Origin: Mobula hypostoma
Lineage: Eukaryota
DNA: 64,000 nucleotides
NCBI RefSeq assembly: GCF_963921235.1
Contig: NC_086097.1
Coordinates: 144,028,001 to 144,092,000 of the forward strand
Direction: 5' to 3'
This document shows positions 25,709 to 37,033 of this stretch, piece by piece (positions within the stretch are counted from its first letter, which is position 1; every line of letters begins with the position of its first letter). Both the position numbers and the translations under genes were made by a program. The notes below the pieces were generated by a model, which was not told the origin of the DNA, made no database searches, and saw only the letters and a list, made by a program, of their open reading frames with translations.

Positions 25709-26070
25709 TTTTCTCTAGTAGAAAAAAAGCACTCTCCTTTTCTAACCAAACAGTAAGCAATCCCTTCTCAACAGTAAACCAAGACATATAACCACACCCT
25801 AGACATTTCTGAACGTATAACATTTGAAAATTTTCCCCGACTTCCCACAGTGAGGCCTCAGCACCGACCCGCCTCAGTTCAGAGGGATAACCTCTATCTT
25901 CACCCTGTGTTAGAGGGCCCTCAGCAGTTTGAATAATCATAGAGAATTTTCTCCTATTTATGTCTCGACCATATTGCTATCATTCAAGTTATTCCGCCTA
26001 GATTATTTTCAGTTACCAGTTTTCATTTTACTTTTAAGTCCGATTTACTCTTTTCAGTCATTTCTCTTAA

Positions 26071-27054
26071 TTAATCTGTATTCTCTGTACATTCGCGTCT
26101 GAATATTTGCAGCTTTTCCTTGTAGTTTGACACTCTGGTTCGAGTGGAGCGTCCTCGCCCCACTAACTGCCACAACTTCTGCCGAATCCTCTCCAGTAGC
26201 GACTCCGGTTGGGTGATAACTTTAATAGGTAGTCCCCGGTCCGCCAGGTCCGACGTTGCCTCCTCCACCGTAGCGTAAGTTTTTGTCCCTTCGTCGTAAA
26301 AGACTCTCAGCCGAGCTGGATACAGGGTCTGGAATCTGATGTTGTTTTCCTTCAGGACTCTCTGTGTTTCCGTATATTCCTTCCGTCTGGCAAGAATCCC
26401 CGGTGCGTAGTCGTGGTCTAAACTGATTTTGCAGTTGTTCCACATGAAACCTTTCTTTTGCCATGCTCTTTTAAGCACCTCTTCCTTCGTTCTGTAACTG
26501 AGAAATCTGATCAGAATCGATCTGGGCTGGGTGCCTGCCGGAGGCTGTGGTGCCAACGCACGGTGAGCCCTTTCTATCTCTAGGTCTTTTGCGGCCGGTA
26601 TATCAAGGTTCTCTCTAAGCAGCTTCTCCACGAAGGGAATCAATCCGGGTTTACCTTCAGTTCCTTCGGGAACTCCGTAGATCCTCACATTTTCCCTTCT
26701 CGAGCGGCCTTCTTGATCTATTAGTTTCCACTGGAGTTGGTCTTGTAGCTTCAGCATTTCTGCTATCACTTCCTCGGCATTTTGTAGCTTCTCTTCAATT
26801 CCAACAATCCTCGCTTCGGCTTCATCTACCCGCGAGTTAGTTTTTACTATTTCTCCTTTAATATCTTCCAGCTGTTTGCTGTTATCTTGTCGGAACTCGC
26901 GAATCTCTCCGAGAATCAAAGACAGAGTCACCGATTCCCCCTCATTATCTCCGTCCTGGCTTGCCGTGGGGGAGCTAGGCCCTTCGCCTTGCTGCATCTC
27001 TTTATGTTTATCAGCCTTCGAAGCGGACTTTTTATTCTTGTTCTTAGACATCAT
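26071..27054 (-). CDS. L1 ORF1p (coiled coil, RRM, CTD), intact 327 aa
   Basis: Heptad region, EGRSRRENVRIYGVPEG, IERAHR, PRSILIRF and LYPARL motifs typical of vertebrate L1 ORF1. Confidence 0.9.
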   Translation of the reverse strand: MMSKNKNKKSASKADKHKEMQQGEGPSSPTASQDGDNEGESVTLSLILGEIREFRQDNSKQLEDIKGEIVKTNSRVDEAEARIVGIEEKLQNAEEVIAEMLKLQDQLQWKLIDQEGRSRRENVRIYGVPEGTEGKPGLIPFVEKLLRENLDIPAAKDLEIERAHRALAPQPPAGTQPRSILIRFLSYRTKEEVLKRAWQKKGFMWNNCKISLDHDYAPGILARRKEYTETQRVLKENNIRFQTLYPARLRVFYDEGTKTYATVEEATSDLADRGLPIKVITQPESLLERIRQKLWQLVGRGRSTRTRVSNYKEKLQIFRRECTENTD

Positions 27055-27717
27055 CCTTGCCCCTTTTATTAATATAGTTATGCAATATTAAGTATTTGTC
27101 TAAATTCGATTTTGGGGCAGTTTACCTTCTTTTTTGTCGAGAGACCTTTTCCTTACGCCGCCATTCCCTTGATGACCCAGAAGTCCCCTCGCTCTCCATG
27201 AATCAACCTTCTATCCATACTAATATGTTATCACTAACCATGTGAACCTCTATTTTATGCAATGTTATGTGAACTATCAAATAAAAACCATTCAGCTAAT
27301 TCCACTGGTAATGTAATTTACCATGGTCAGTATTCAAAGTAATCTCTCAAACATGACTTCCATAAAATCATGCTGCTGCTATCCAGCAGATTCAGCTAGC
27401 ATCTGTTACGATGTCCTTAATGATGGATTCTACTGTTTTGTTGACAACCAATGCTGTTTAGTGATCTCCAGCCTCTCTGGTCCTTCTGATCTCCCAGCTT
27501 CTTCCTGACTTTCCGGGCCCCTTCAATGATCACAGTGAAACTACAGTGGTACTCAGAGATGGGCCTACCACTTGGTTGGAAACTTCTTCCTCTGTACAGG
27601 GGGTATGCCACTTGCTGGGAGTAATACACTCCTGAAAGTGTGTATTTGACGAGTCCATGATTTGTGATGGGGGAAGAGAGAACTGACCTCTGATTAATCC
27701 AGCCTCTTTCCTTACAG

Positions 27718-27790
27718 TGGTACTACTTCTAGAATGATGCTAACTAAAGAAGACCGTGAAGCAGCCAAGCTTGGACTGGCCATCTTTACG
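27718..27790 (+). CDS. C1orf35: MMTAG2 coding exon 5
   Basis: TTACAG| acceptor; (S)GTTSRMMLTKEDREAAKLGLAIFT; donor ACG|GTAGG. Confidence 0.93.
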
Positions 27791-28458
27791 GTAGGGAATG
27801 GTTCATTTTTCTATAGATCTGATTTCAGGGGGCTGGAATAACTTGTACAGAATCATAAATATACTCTTCTGTAAGGTTATGATATCAAAGGTTAAGTTAG
27901 TAGACTAGACTTGCACATTGCTGGACTGATGTGACTTGAAATTTTAGCAGGGCAGCCTGGAAAGTAAATTTAGGTAAGTAAACTTTGGAATAACTAACTA
28001 GTCCAAGAAAATACTCATTTTAATTAATTGTCATATAAAATTCTGTCCTGCTTGACTGAACCATGTGGCTAGCAATATGGTTGATTCTTCACTGTGCCCC
28101 GGTAAAAGCAACCCAGTTATACCAAAATGCTACATCAAAGTTCATTCATCATGCTGGCTGCAACATTTTAAGGCGGCAGCCTATTTTAACGTTAGCTGAG
28201 AGTAAGTAATAAATATTGCCCATGTTAGTGACATCTATATCCTGTTTGTGTATGTTTTGAGTATAATATGGGGTTTGAAATAATGAAGTGTTTCAACATG
28301 TATTGAGAAATTTTCCTTTAGGTGTTGAAAGAAAAATGAAATACATTTTAAACCTTTCCTCCAGAAAGCTATAGATAATTGTTCAGAATTATCAGGAAGA
28401 ACGATGGTGCAGGACTAGAGACATGGATAAATCCTAGCCTCATAACTATTTAATTATA

Positions 28459-29100
28459 CAGTCATCCCTCGGTATCCGCAGTTCCAGGACCCCCCCGCAG
28501 ATACCAAATTCCGCGGATGCTCAAATCCCTTATATAAAATGGCGTAGTATTTGCATATAACCTATGCACATCCTCCTGTATACTGTAAATCACCTCTAGA
28601 TTACTTATACCTAATACAATGTAAATAGTTGTTATACTGTATTGTTTAGGGAATAATGACAAGAAAAGGTCTGCACATGTTCAGTACAGACGCAACCACT
28701 GTAGCTCTTCTGCGAACACTGATGCTGCCTCGGCACTAGCTGGTGCCGATTCTCCCGTCATCTTTAAGTTCTTGAGGCTGTAGCGCTTTACATAGCTAGC
28801 CAGCCATCCCTTACTAGCCTTAAACTCCTTCCTCTCGCTCCCAACACAAGTAGTGAACAAACGAGACGTAAGGCGACCAATGCTCAAACGACGAGTGCTG
28901 GAGAGAGACTGAGGATCTGTGAAATGGCGGGAGGCTACAGCAGGGTATGCCTACACATCACTTCATTTGCGAGGATTCGGCATAGTGCTCGGCTCGGCGT
29001 GCGGCAAATTCAAGTTTTGCTTTTTGGAACTTCCTGGAATCTTTTTTCAAATATTTTCGATCCATGGTTGGTTGAATCCGCAGATACGGAGAGCCGACTG
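28459..29100 (-). mobile_element. Internally deleted Tigger/pogo DNA transposon (MER2/MER2B-like ends) with a transposase remnant; TA TSD
   Basis: TA|CAGTCATCCCTCGGTATCCGC ... GCAGATACGGAGAGCCGACTG|TA terminal inverted repeats; minus-strand FKASKGWLASYVKRYSLKNLKMTGESA (CENP-B-type HTH of Tigger transposases). Confidence 0.9.
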
Positions 29101-31709
29101 TACTCCCAATTCTTGGTTTCTTGAATAATAGATATCTTATCCTATCAATTTCTCCCCTTCCCCCCCCCCAAAAAAAAACCAAAACCTTCCACTCTTTAAT
29201 CCAGTAAATCTTAATCTGTAAATTTCTGGACATGAAATCTTTTTATGATATCTCCTTTGTGTGGGGATAAAATTGGAGGATTGGGAAAGAAATCTTTACA
29301 GGGACGGAGAATATGCAAAATCTGCTTCGATGGCATCCTAAGATAAGGATTGAATTTGACATTCTGGGCTGTATAGCAGAATAGGTTTTTTGAGCTGCAT
29401 GTCGTACCACTTCTATGTTCTTTTCTTAGAAAATAGTCAAGGTGCTTTAATTTCACTTTGCTTCCAAGATCCTCATATTTTCCTGGAGTTATTGTCTTTG
29501 GTCCCCCATGTACAATAACAACTGGCTTGCCCCTCCCTTCCTTTCCAATATTCTTTCAAGTCACCCTGGTATCATATAGGAAACATACAATCTAGCACTC
29601 TCGATCTTGATTGCAAAGATACCTTTAAATACTTGAAACAAAAACCAATAGATTTCTAGATGTGAATAATATAAGGAAATGTTGATCATCTTGTTGAACA
29701 GCAGAGTAGAGCTTAAGAGGCCAGGTAGTCTACTGTTACTGTGTTCTCTGTTGATACAATTACCCCTGTAACTTGTTTCACCATACTTCTCTTCCCACTT
29801 TGGGAGCAGCCAGCTTTAAAGTGGTAGAGTCTGTTATCCACATAGGTACATCATGCTGCTTGGAAATAATTAATTTCTGTAGACAATTATACTATCTCAA
29901 TCGGATCTGCCTACTGAGTCTTTTGGCGACAACAATCTTTGTTCTAGTCTTGCACTCCTCTGCTAAATGTGACCAAGGTTTAAGGGTAATGCTGAGCAGC
30001 CACTCATTAGACAGTATTTTTATTTAGGGGTAACGTGGATCAGACCTTTCTGGCCCAACAAGCCACACTGCACAATTTACAATGACCAAATAACTTCCTA
30101 ACCGATATGTATGTCTTTGGACTGTGGCAGGAACTGGATCACCCAGAGGAAACCCAGTCACAGAAAGTACAAACTGCTCTAGGATTGAGCTCTGAACACC
30201 CAAGGTGTAACTGCTATGCCACCGTGGTGAATATTTTTAGTTGATACTCCAGCTCAGTCTCTGGAGATGTATGCTGCTAGAACAATTTTGTCCACAAGAG
30301 GCATGTATGTACAGTAAATCTTTCATTTTACTTTGTTTCTAGGTCTTGGTGTAGAAGTGCAGAAACTGGCAGTAAAGTATTACAAGTTCTTGATTTCCAT
30401 AACAATATTGCCAAAAAAATACATACTTGAGCTTACTCTACCTACAACCACTACTCAAACCAAGAAGTAGCATATTTATTGTGCTCTAACCAAATGTTCA
30501 ATGTCGTTTCGAGCTGCATTGCAATTTCTTGAATTTTGTGATGATGGCTTTGGAAAGGAAGACAATCATATGGGTGCATTATGGAATTTTAGGGAGGGAG
30601 CTAATAGTTTCAGCAGTTCTTGCAGGCAAGGTTGTAGTTGGCTTCCTATGGAATCTGTTGATATTTGCAGCGTGTACTACTTGCCAATGTTTAAGGGATC
30701 CAGGGAAAACTAAATTGTCCAGGTTTTCTGGCCATTCATTGCTAGATACAGGTGCTGTTAAGGGATATGCCGTATGGACATAAAGCCTCCAGATATTTGT
30801 TCCCAGGACTAGACAAGTATTTTCATGGACTTTCCAGGATAACATTTTCAGGAAATTTTGTATTGTATACTTGCATTGGCTTCATTTTAGCAAGGCTCAC
30901 ACAGAATTAGTCATACAGAAATTCACTTTCTTAGACAATCTAGTATTCCTGCAGGATAAGTCCACTTGTATTCTGGGACTAGTAGAAGTAGACATGATTG
31001 TGGCCCTAGAGGAGAAACTGTAATAGAGGAATAATATGTTCTGGAAAAATTGGTCTCATCAGAACAGATGCAAAAGCCAGAAGAACTGGGAGAATATAAG
31101 AGGTTCCTTTTGGAAAGCAGGATGGAAGAATATGTAGGCAATGTAACTGTGTGAGTTCAAGAACTTGGTTGCTTACTCATCATTTGAGATGGAGCTAAAG
31201 TTAAGAATATGAATTGCATGAGTGGAAGGTAAAAGCTAGCACCAGTAGGAAAACACAAGTGGTTCTGCAGATGCTGGAAATCCTGAGCCAAATTTTTGAA
31301 TCTTGATGAAGGGTCTCAGCCCAAAACATCAATCGTTTATTCATTTCCATAGATGCTGCCTGACCTGTTGAGTTCCTCCAGCAGTTTGTCTTCTGTAGCA
31401 ATTCTCATGTTGCCTTCATGTCACTGCCAGATGTTTTCCATTAATTCAAGGGGAAAGAAGGTAGTCTAAGGAGGAGGGGTGAAACCATCTCCCCTTGTTG
31501 TACCTTCCATGCAAACACGAGATAGGTGCTGGTTACATACACATCTTCAACCTAAAATGTAACTACATCAATCACCCACTCCATTGATGCTGCCCAATTT
31601 TGAGTACTTCAGTTTCTAGATATTGGAGTAATCAAGGATATGGTGTTGAACCTCCTGAGCTCTGTTTTTCATTCTTTCCATTACTTACCACGTTCATTTT
31701 TTGTTACAG

Positions 31710-31792
31710 CACCACAAATGCAGTGAAGCTGTGGAATCGGTGAGTCAAAAGCGGAAACCGGAGGAGGAGAGAAAAGAAGAGGAGATTAAGAA
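31710..31792 (+). CDS. C1orf35: MMTAG2 coding exon 6
   Basis: TTACAG| acceptor; HHKCSEAVESVSQKRKPEEERKEEEIK (human has FT-HH at this junction); donor AA|GTAAGT. Confidence 0.85.
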
Positions 31793-32023
31793 GTAAGTGC
31801 AAGAATGTCAATGTGGCGGCTTCTCAATCAGTGTTTTTTTTTATCCTGATGCTTTGAAAAACAGGCTATTTATGTCCTCTTGTTCTGAGTATCCTCTGCT
31901 AGACTTGCAAAAGAAAGCCTTCTAAAGTTTGTTAGGGGTTCATTGAAGGAGTGGAAATGTTTTTGGATCTTTAGATTCTTTTGAACAGTTGTCTCAGTAA
32001 AGACTGCCCATCTCACTCTCTAG

Positions 32024-32131
32024 GTCAATACATCGAAAGCGGCACAAGAAAGATAAAAAACACAAAAAGGAAAAGAAAAAAAAGCACAAGAACAGAGAAA
32101 AATCATCATCCAAAACAAGCCATCAAGACAG
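32024..32131 (+). CDS. C1orf35: MMTAG2 coding exon 7 (lysine-rich)
   Basis: CTCTAG| acceptor; KSIHRKRHKKDKKHKKEKKKKHKNREKSSSKTSHQD; donor AG|GTAAA. Confidence 0.88.
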
Positions 32132-33673
32132 GTAAATACTGATAAGATGCTGGTTTGGTCAGGGACAACCTTGGCATCTATGGAGGCAAAGGGAGGTTAA
32201 GACACTGCATCAGGACAGCTTGTAGAATAAAGGTTGTCAGTATTGAGGAGGGGTGAAACCAGCACTTGTCATCCCTCCCTTTTAAACTACCTTACCTCTA
32301 CATCCTAACCTGAAGCAAGGTATCAAACCAAAGTATTAAGCATCCTAAGCCTCCAGTATTGCTGTTTGAGTCTCTTTCCTTCAGCAGTTTTTGCTCTGAA
32401 TTCCAGCAGCTGCAGATTCACGCTTCCACCTTGTCTTTGTTGAGAACATGAAAAAATTGGCACCATGAAGAGATAAATATTCATTGCAAAAGGAGCATCA
32501 AAGGCTTTTTTAATGCAAATGACCACACCATCATAGGGAAACGATTCTGAGAAGGCAAGGAAAGAAATTGAAAATTTAGCTGAAGTTGTATTTGAGAGTA
32601 TTATGGAAAGGGAATACCATGGAATATGAAGACAAGTGATACCTTAAATTTGATATGGGGAGGGGGCAATACCGAACATCACAAAGTAGATACAGTAAAA
32701 TTCTTGACCACTGGTAAAGTCTGGGATGATAGCTGAATAGGATTCATACAAGTTTTATAAGTAATTCTTTGAGAATGCAAGAGCAGCCAGCTAAATGATA
32801 CTTGAAGCATGATAACTGCATGATGTGAGCAATCTTAGGATGGAAGATGTGGAAATGTCAGAACAGAATTGACTCAAATTCTTAGATGAACCCTCCTGCC
32901 ACTATATAAAACAAATTTCAGAAGTTTTGCTATTAAGTCATTTGACACAATAGGGGTAGGAAGGGATGCTTTTTCTCCAAAGAGCATCTTTAGTGAAAGG
33001 AGAAATTTAACATTGTGCAAAAACCCCATGTCTTGAAACACTTTTGTTCATAAGGAACTTCTACTTAAAATTTCCAGTTTGACTTTCAATTACGTGCATG
33101 GCAAGAACAGGGAGTTGATAACTCAGCTGGGCAGGAGTATTCGTGCAGCAATGTGGAACTAATTTTGATTTAGAAAATATCACTCAAGTGGTCACTTGTT
33201 GCTCATTCACCTAGTTTTTTAAATCTAACTTTCAACTTTATTAAATAACAAAATAAATTCACTGGTACCATTGGTTCTATTTAAACTCTACCTTCTAAAA
33301 AGATGTGGCTAATTTTAAATGAATGTCGTGACCAGGAGTTGACATAATTTATGGAAACCGCCTAAGTGTTTAAAAGTAGTGCAATAGTGTTATTCAAGCA
33401 ACCTTTTGAAAATTTCTCAATTGTGTAAATTTATCCAAAAGTTCTACACTACTTATGATGGTTCGAACCAGCTACATAATTCTCCAAGGATATAATTCCC
33501 ATTCAGGTTTAGTTATATAGACTCTGAAAGACATCCAAAGTTGCTATCATAACTTGGATAAGGGTACATACTAAGCTTATGTGGGAAGAATTCAGATTTC
33601 TCGTTAGGTGCATTTTTACTTCATGAAGAGATCTTGGCTTCTAATGTTATTTTTTCTTTTTTTCCCCACCCAG

Positions 33674-33719
33674 AAGACATCACCAGTCAGAGAATGAAGC
33701 GAACGGCCAGCAGAGATAA
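33674..33719 (+). CDS. C1orf35: MMTAG2 terminal coding exon 8 (RRHHQSENEANGQQR*)
   Basis: Long polypyrimidine tract plus CAG; phase fits; total CDS 684 nt = 227 aa; the acceptor is a NAGNAG (CAGAAG). Confidence 0.8.
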
Positions 33720-34216
33720 CAGTCATTTAAAGGCAGTTGAACATTCCTTTACCAGTTTGTATTCATCCATGGGCTAATCTCACAGTGAGGGCAGCTTCTC
33801 CAAGAAACACAGCATGAAAATTAATGCTTTCATAATTGGTAACTTTGAGGGAGAAGATGTAGGATATTGTACAGCCAGGCCTGTCATTTTAGTATTTAGC
33901 CATGTAAGTTTTGTTAAACACCTTAAATCTACAAGAGGCTATATAGATTGCAGATTTCTGCAGGTTAATGGTTGTTAGCATTGGCAAACAAGGAGCGTAT
34001 CCTTGGAACAAATCTGTATATTGCAGGGAGAGTGGTTAATTCATTAACTGGTCTAGTGAATGTACAGATTTAATGCCCAAGATTGTAAATTCATTATTTT
34101 ACTATGTATATATTAAATGCTGTTGAAACAGTTCTTTCTCAGTTATTAGGGCTTAATATCAGAGCAGCATTGACCAATTTTTGGAGTACACATTAAACTC
34201 TGGGGTAGTAGAGGTT

Positions 34217-34222
34217 AATAAA
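34217..34222 (+). terminator. Probable C1orf35 poly(A) signal AATAAA
   Basis: First AATAAA I found downstream of the stop codon, followed by GT/T-rich sequence. Confidence 0.6.
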
Positions 34223-34321
34223 AGTTGTAAAATGTTTTATGCAGTACAAGAAAATTTCTGTACCAAAGTCATATGCATCAAATGTGCATTAAAAATTGCA
34301 ACAAGTTCAGGAATCTTAGAT

Positions 34322-34327
34322 TTTATT
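34322..34327 (-). terminator. ARF1 poly(A) signal AATAAA
   Basis: Lies within a block resembling the human ARF1 mRNA 3' end (AAGCACTGTAATT...TTAGAATAAAATCT). Confidence 0.75.
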
Positions 34328-35754
34328 CTAACAGTAGCTTTAATTACAGTGCTTTTGTCAAAATGAAAGTTGAAACGTATACAAAACATCTGATTAGTAG
34401 TGTAATGAAAGGATCAACTTCACATCAATAACTCATCCTGATCAGACTCAAGTATTCGCTCTCCAGTTTCTCAGCTGGTTTTAAAAGCTTTAAACACTGG
34501 CAAACCAAGACCTTGCAGTATTTATAATCAGATGAGTTCTGCAGGTTTGGAGAATGGTATGGGAGAAAAGGGAAATGGAATTGATGGCAATACAATGTCT
34601 TGTGCAATACCTAAAATGGAATGACTCGCACATGTAGTTTCCACACATTGGGAAAAGCAAAGAAGGTTAGGGGCTTAGGTGCATTCAATGACATTGATAC
34701 TTACTACATAAGCCATGGGACAAGCTAACAAACAAAACCCAAAAAAAACTTCTCCATCTGACCCAACAGTGCCTGCATGCTGTGATCAGTTTACCATGTT
34801 GGTAGGGGGTAAGCCACAAAGGAAAAGTCAGGAATTTAACAGGCAAAATTCCTGGCACTTCAGGTAACCACTCAAAATTTGCTGTGTTCACTAATTATCT
34901 CTTCCCCAATGCAATTCATGTTTTTGAAGTTTAAGTGGTCCCCTAGACCATGAAACCTTCAGCTTTTCACTAAAATAAATTTAAAATCAATCTGACTGAT
35001 TAAATTAAGCCATTGAGTTTGACTTTAAATTATTCAAAAAGGCAGATAAAGTAGGTTACAAGTTTTTTTATTCTGAACTTCAATTCCAACCTCCATAGGT
35101 CTAGGAAAGGGATGCTCGGATAAGCTTTAAATTGAGACCAACTCACAGAAGTGCAAGAGAATCCGAACCCAGAAATCATTGAGGTGTGTTGGCAGTTTTA
35201 AAACCAAAACTACAAGCAATCCTTCACTGCTGAAATTCCAGCTTTGGGCAATGAGGGAAGACAAGCAGAAAAATCAATAAAGGTCAGATGCAAGTTCCCT
35301 CCCTCCATCAAAAGCCATGCCCCAAACTGCAGGAAAGCCCCATTTAAGAGCTTGTAAAGCAAATCTCTTATGAGACTTTGTGCATTGTACTGTTGGGAGC
35401 GTATTCAACTCCCAATTCCAAGCTCAGTTTGTCCCCTTTCTACACTAAATTCTTACATGTCAATATGAACCGTAAAGGAAAACAGAACAATCATGGGGTA
35501 AATATTGCATAGGAGTAGCAGGAAACTGCCTCGTTACAAAAAGGGACGATATATACACATTTTAAATAAGAAACCACATTTGCTTTCAAGTCTGTACTTC
35601 TCACCCATACAGTATGGTGGTATTTATAGTTCTAGTGATCAGATGTAATGAAGCAGGTTCCTGGCACCCAATACCACAAAGTAGCAGTTGCCATACGACA
35701 TAATGAAGCAGAAATAAGGGGAGGGAGAGTGGTGAGTAGGAAGGAAGAAAGGAA

Positions 35755-35916
35755 TTATTTGTTACTTTTAAGCTGACTGGACAACCACTCCAGTCCTTCA
35801 TATAAGCCATCGCCACTGGTTGCACAGGTTGCCTGGATGAACCAGGTCCTCTGGCGGAGTGAGTGTAGACCCAGCTTATCAGTGATCTCTGCAGCATTCA
35901 TCGCATTAGGCAGATC
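35755..35916 (-). CDS. ARF1: ADP-ribosylation factor 1, last coding exon
   Basis: [53 protein letters not shown]; acceptor TTCTTAG. Confidence 0.93.
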   Translation of the reverse strand, partial: DLPNAMNAAEITDKLGLHSLRQRTWFIQATCATSGDGLYEGLEWLSSQLKSNK

Positions 35917-36829
35917 CTAAGAACAGAAGAACAATTGGAAACAGCATCACATTTAGTTCTAGGCTGATCAATATCACTGTGACATCTTTAGTAATGCTAA
36001 TTATTATTGTCATAAGTACTGAGATAGTGAAAATTTGATTTACATAATGTCAAGACAGATTATACCACACATATTTACACTAAGGTAGTAAAAAGAAAAT
36101 GCAAAATCATGTTACAATTACAGATGAAGTCTATTGCAGGTAGATTGGGAGATCAAAAGTTAATCTTTAGTGTACAGGAGGTCCACCCAAGAGTTTGATA
36201 ACAGTGGGATAGAGGCTGTCCTGTAGTCTAGTGGTTCTTGCTCTTGATGGGAGAGGAGAGTGTGCTCAGGGCAGGAGGGGTCCTTGATTTTGTTAGCAGC
36301 TTTTCAATCAGCAGAAAGTATAGACAAAGGTAATGAAGGGGAGGTTGGTTTGCATGATGGGCTGCGTGGCATTCACAATTCTATGCATTTTTTTCAGTAG
36401 AGTAGTTGCATTATTAAGCTGTGATGCATCTATAAAATTTGATGAAGATCAATAGGGGAACTGCATTTGAAAGAATCTTGTGAGCATACCAGAACTAACA
36501 TATCTACCAACACAGTTAAAATTGAGACAGCATTCATTTCAAAAATGACAAAACTGAATAGAGAGTACATGTGACAAACATTACAAGCACTCATACAGCT
36601 CATGCCAATAAACAAACATGCCCAACTAACCGGAATATTAAAATTTACACTTCAGTTTCCAGATACGGTTTACCAATTAATTTGGTTGGTGGGTTTTTGT
36701 CCACATATGCTACCCAGTACACTATGGGCTGTAATTAGAAGTTCATAAACTAGAAAACCAGAAATTAGGCTATTTGGACCATCCCGTTTTCTCAGCCCCA
36801 CTCTCCATTATATGTAATAACTGCAACTA

Positions 36830-37033
<204 letters not shown>

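Larger units (their letters stand above)
21375..27194 (-). mobile_element. Near full-length L1-clade LINE (5.8 kb), antisense in C1orf35 intron 4; 16-bp TSD TCCATGAATCAACCTT
   Basis: TSD at 21359-21374 and 27195-27210; 5'UTR of about 140 nt, ORF1, spacer of about 360 nt, ORF2, 3'UTR with AATAAA and a short poly(A). Confidence 0.95.
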
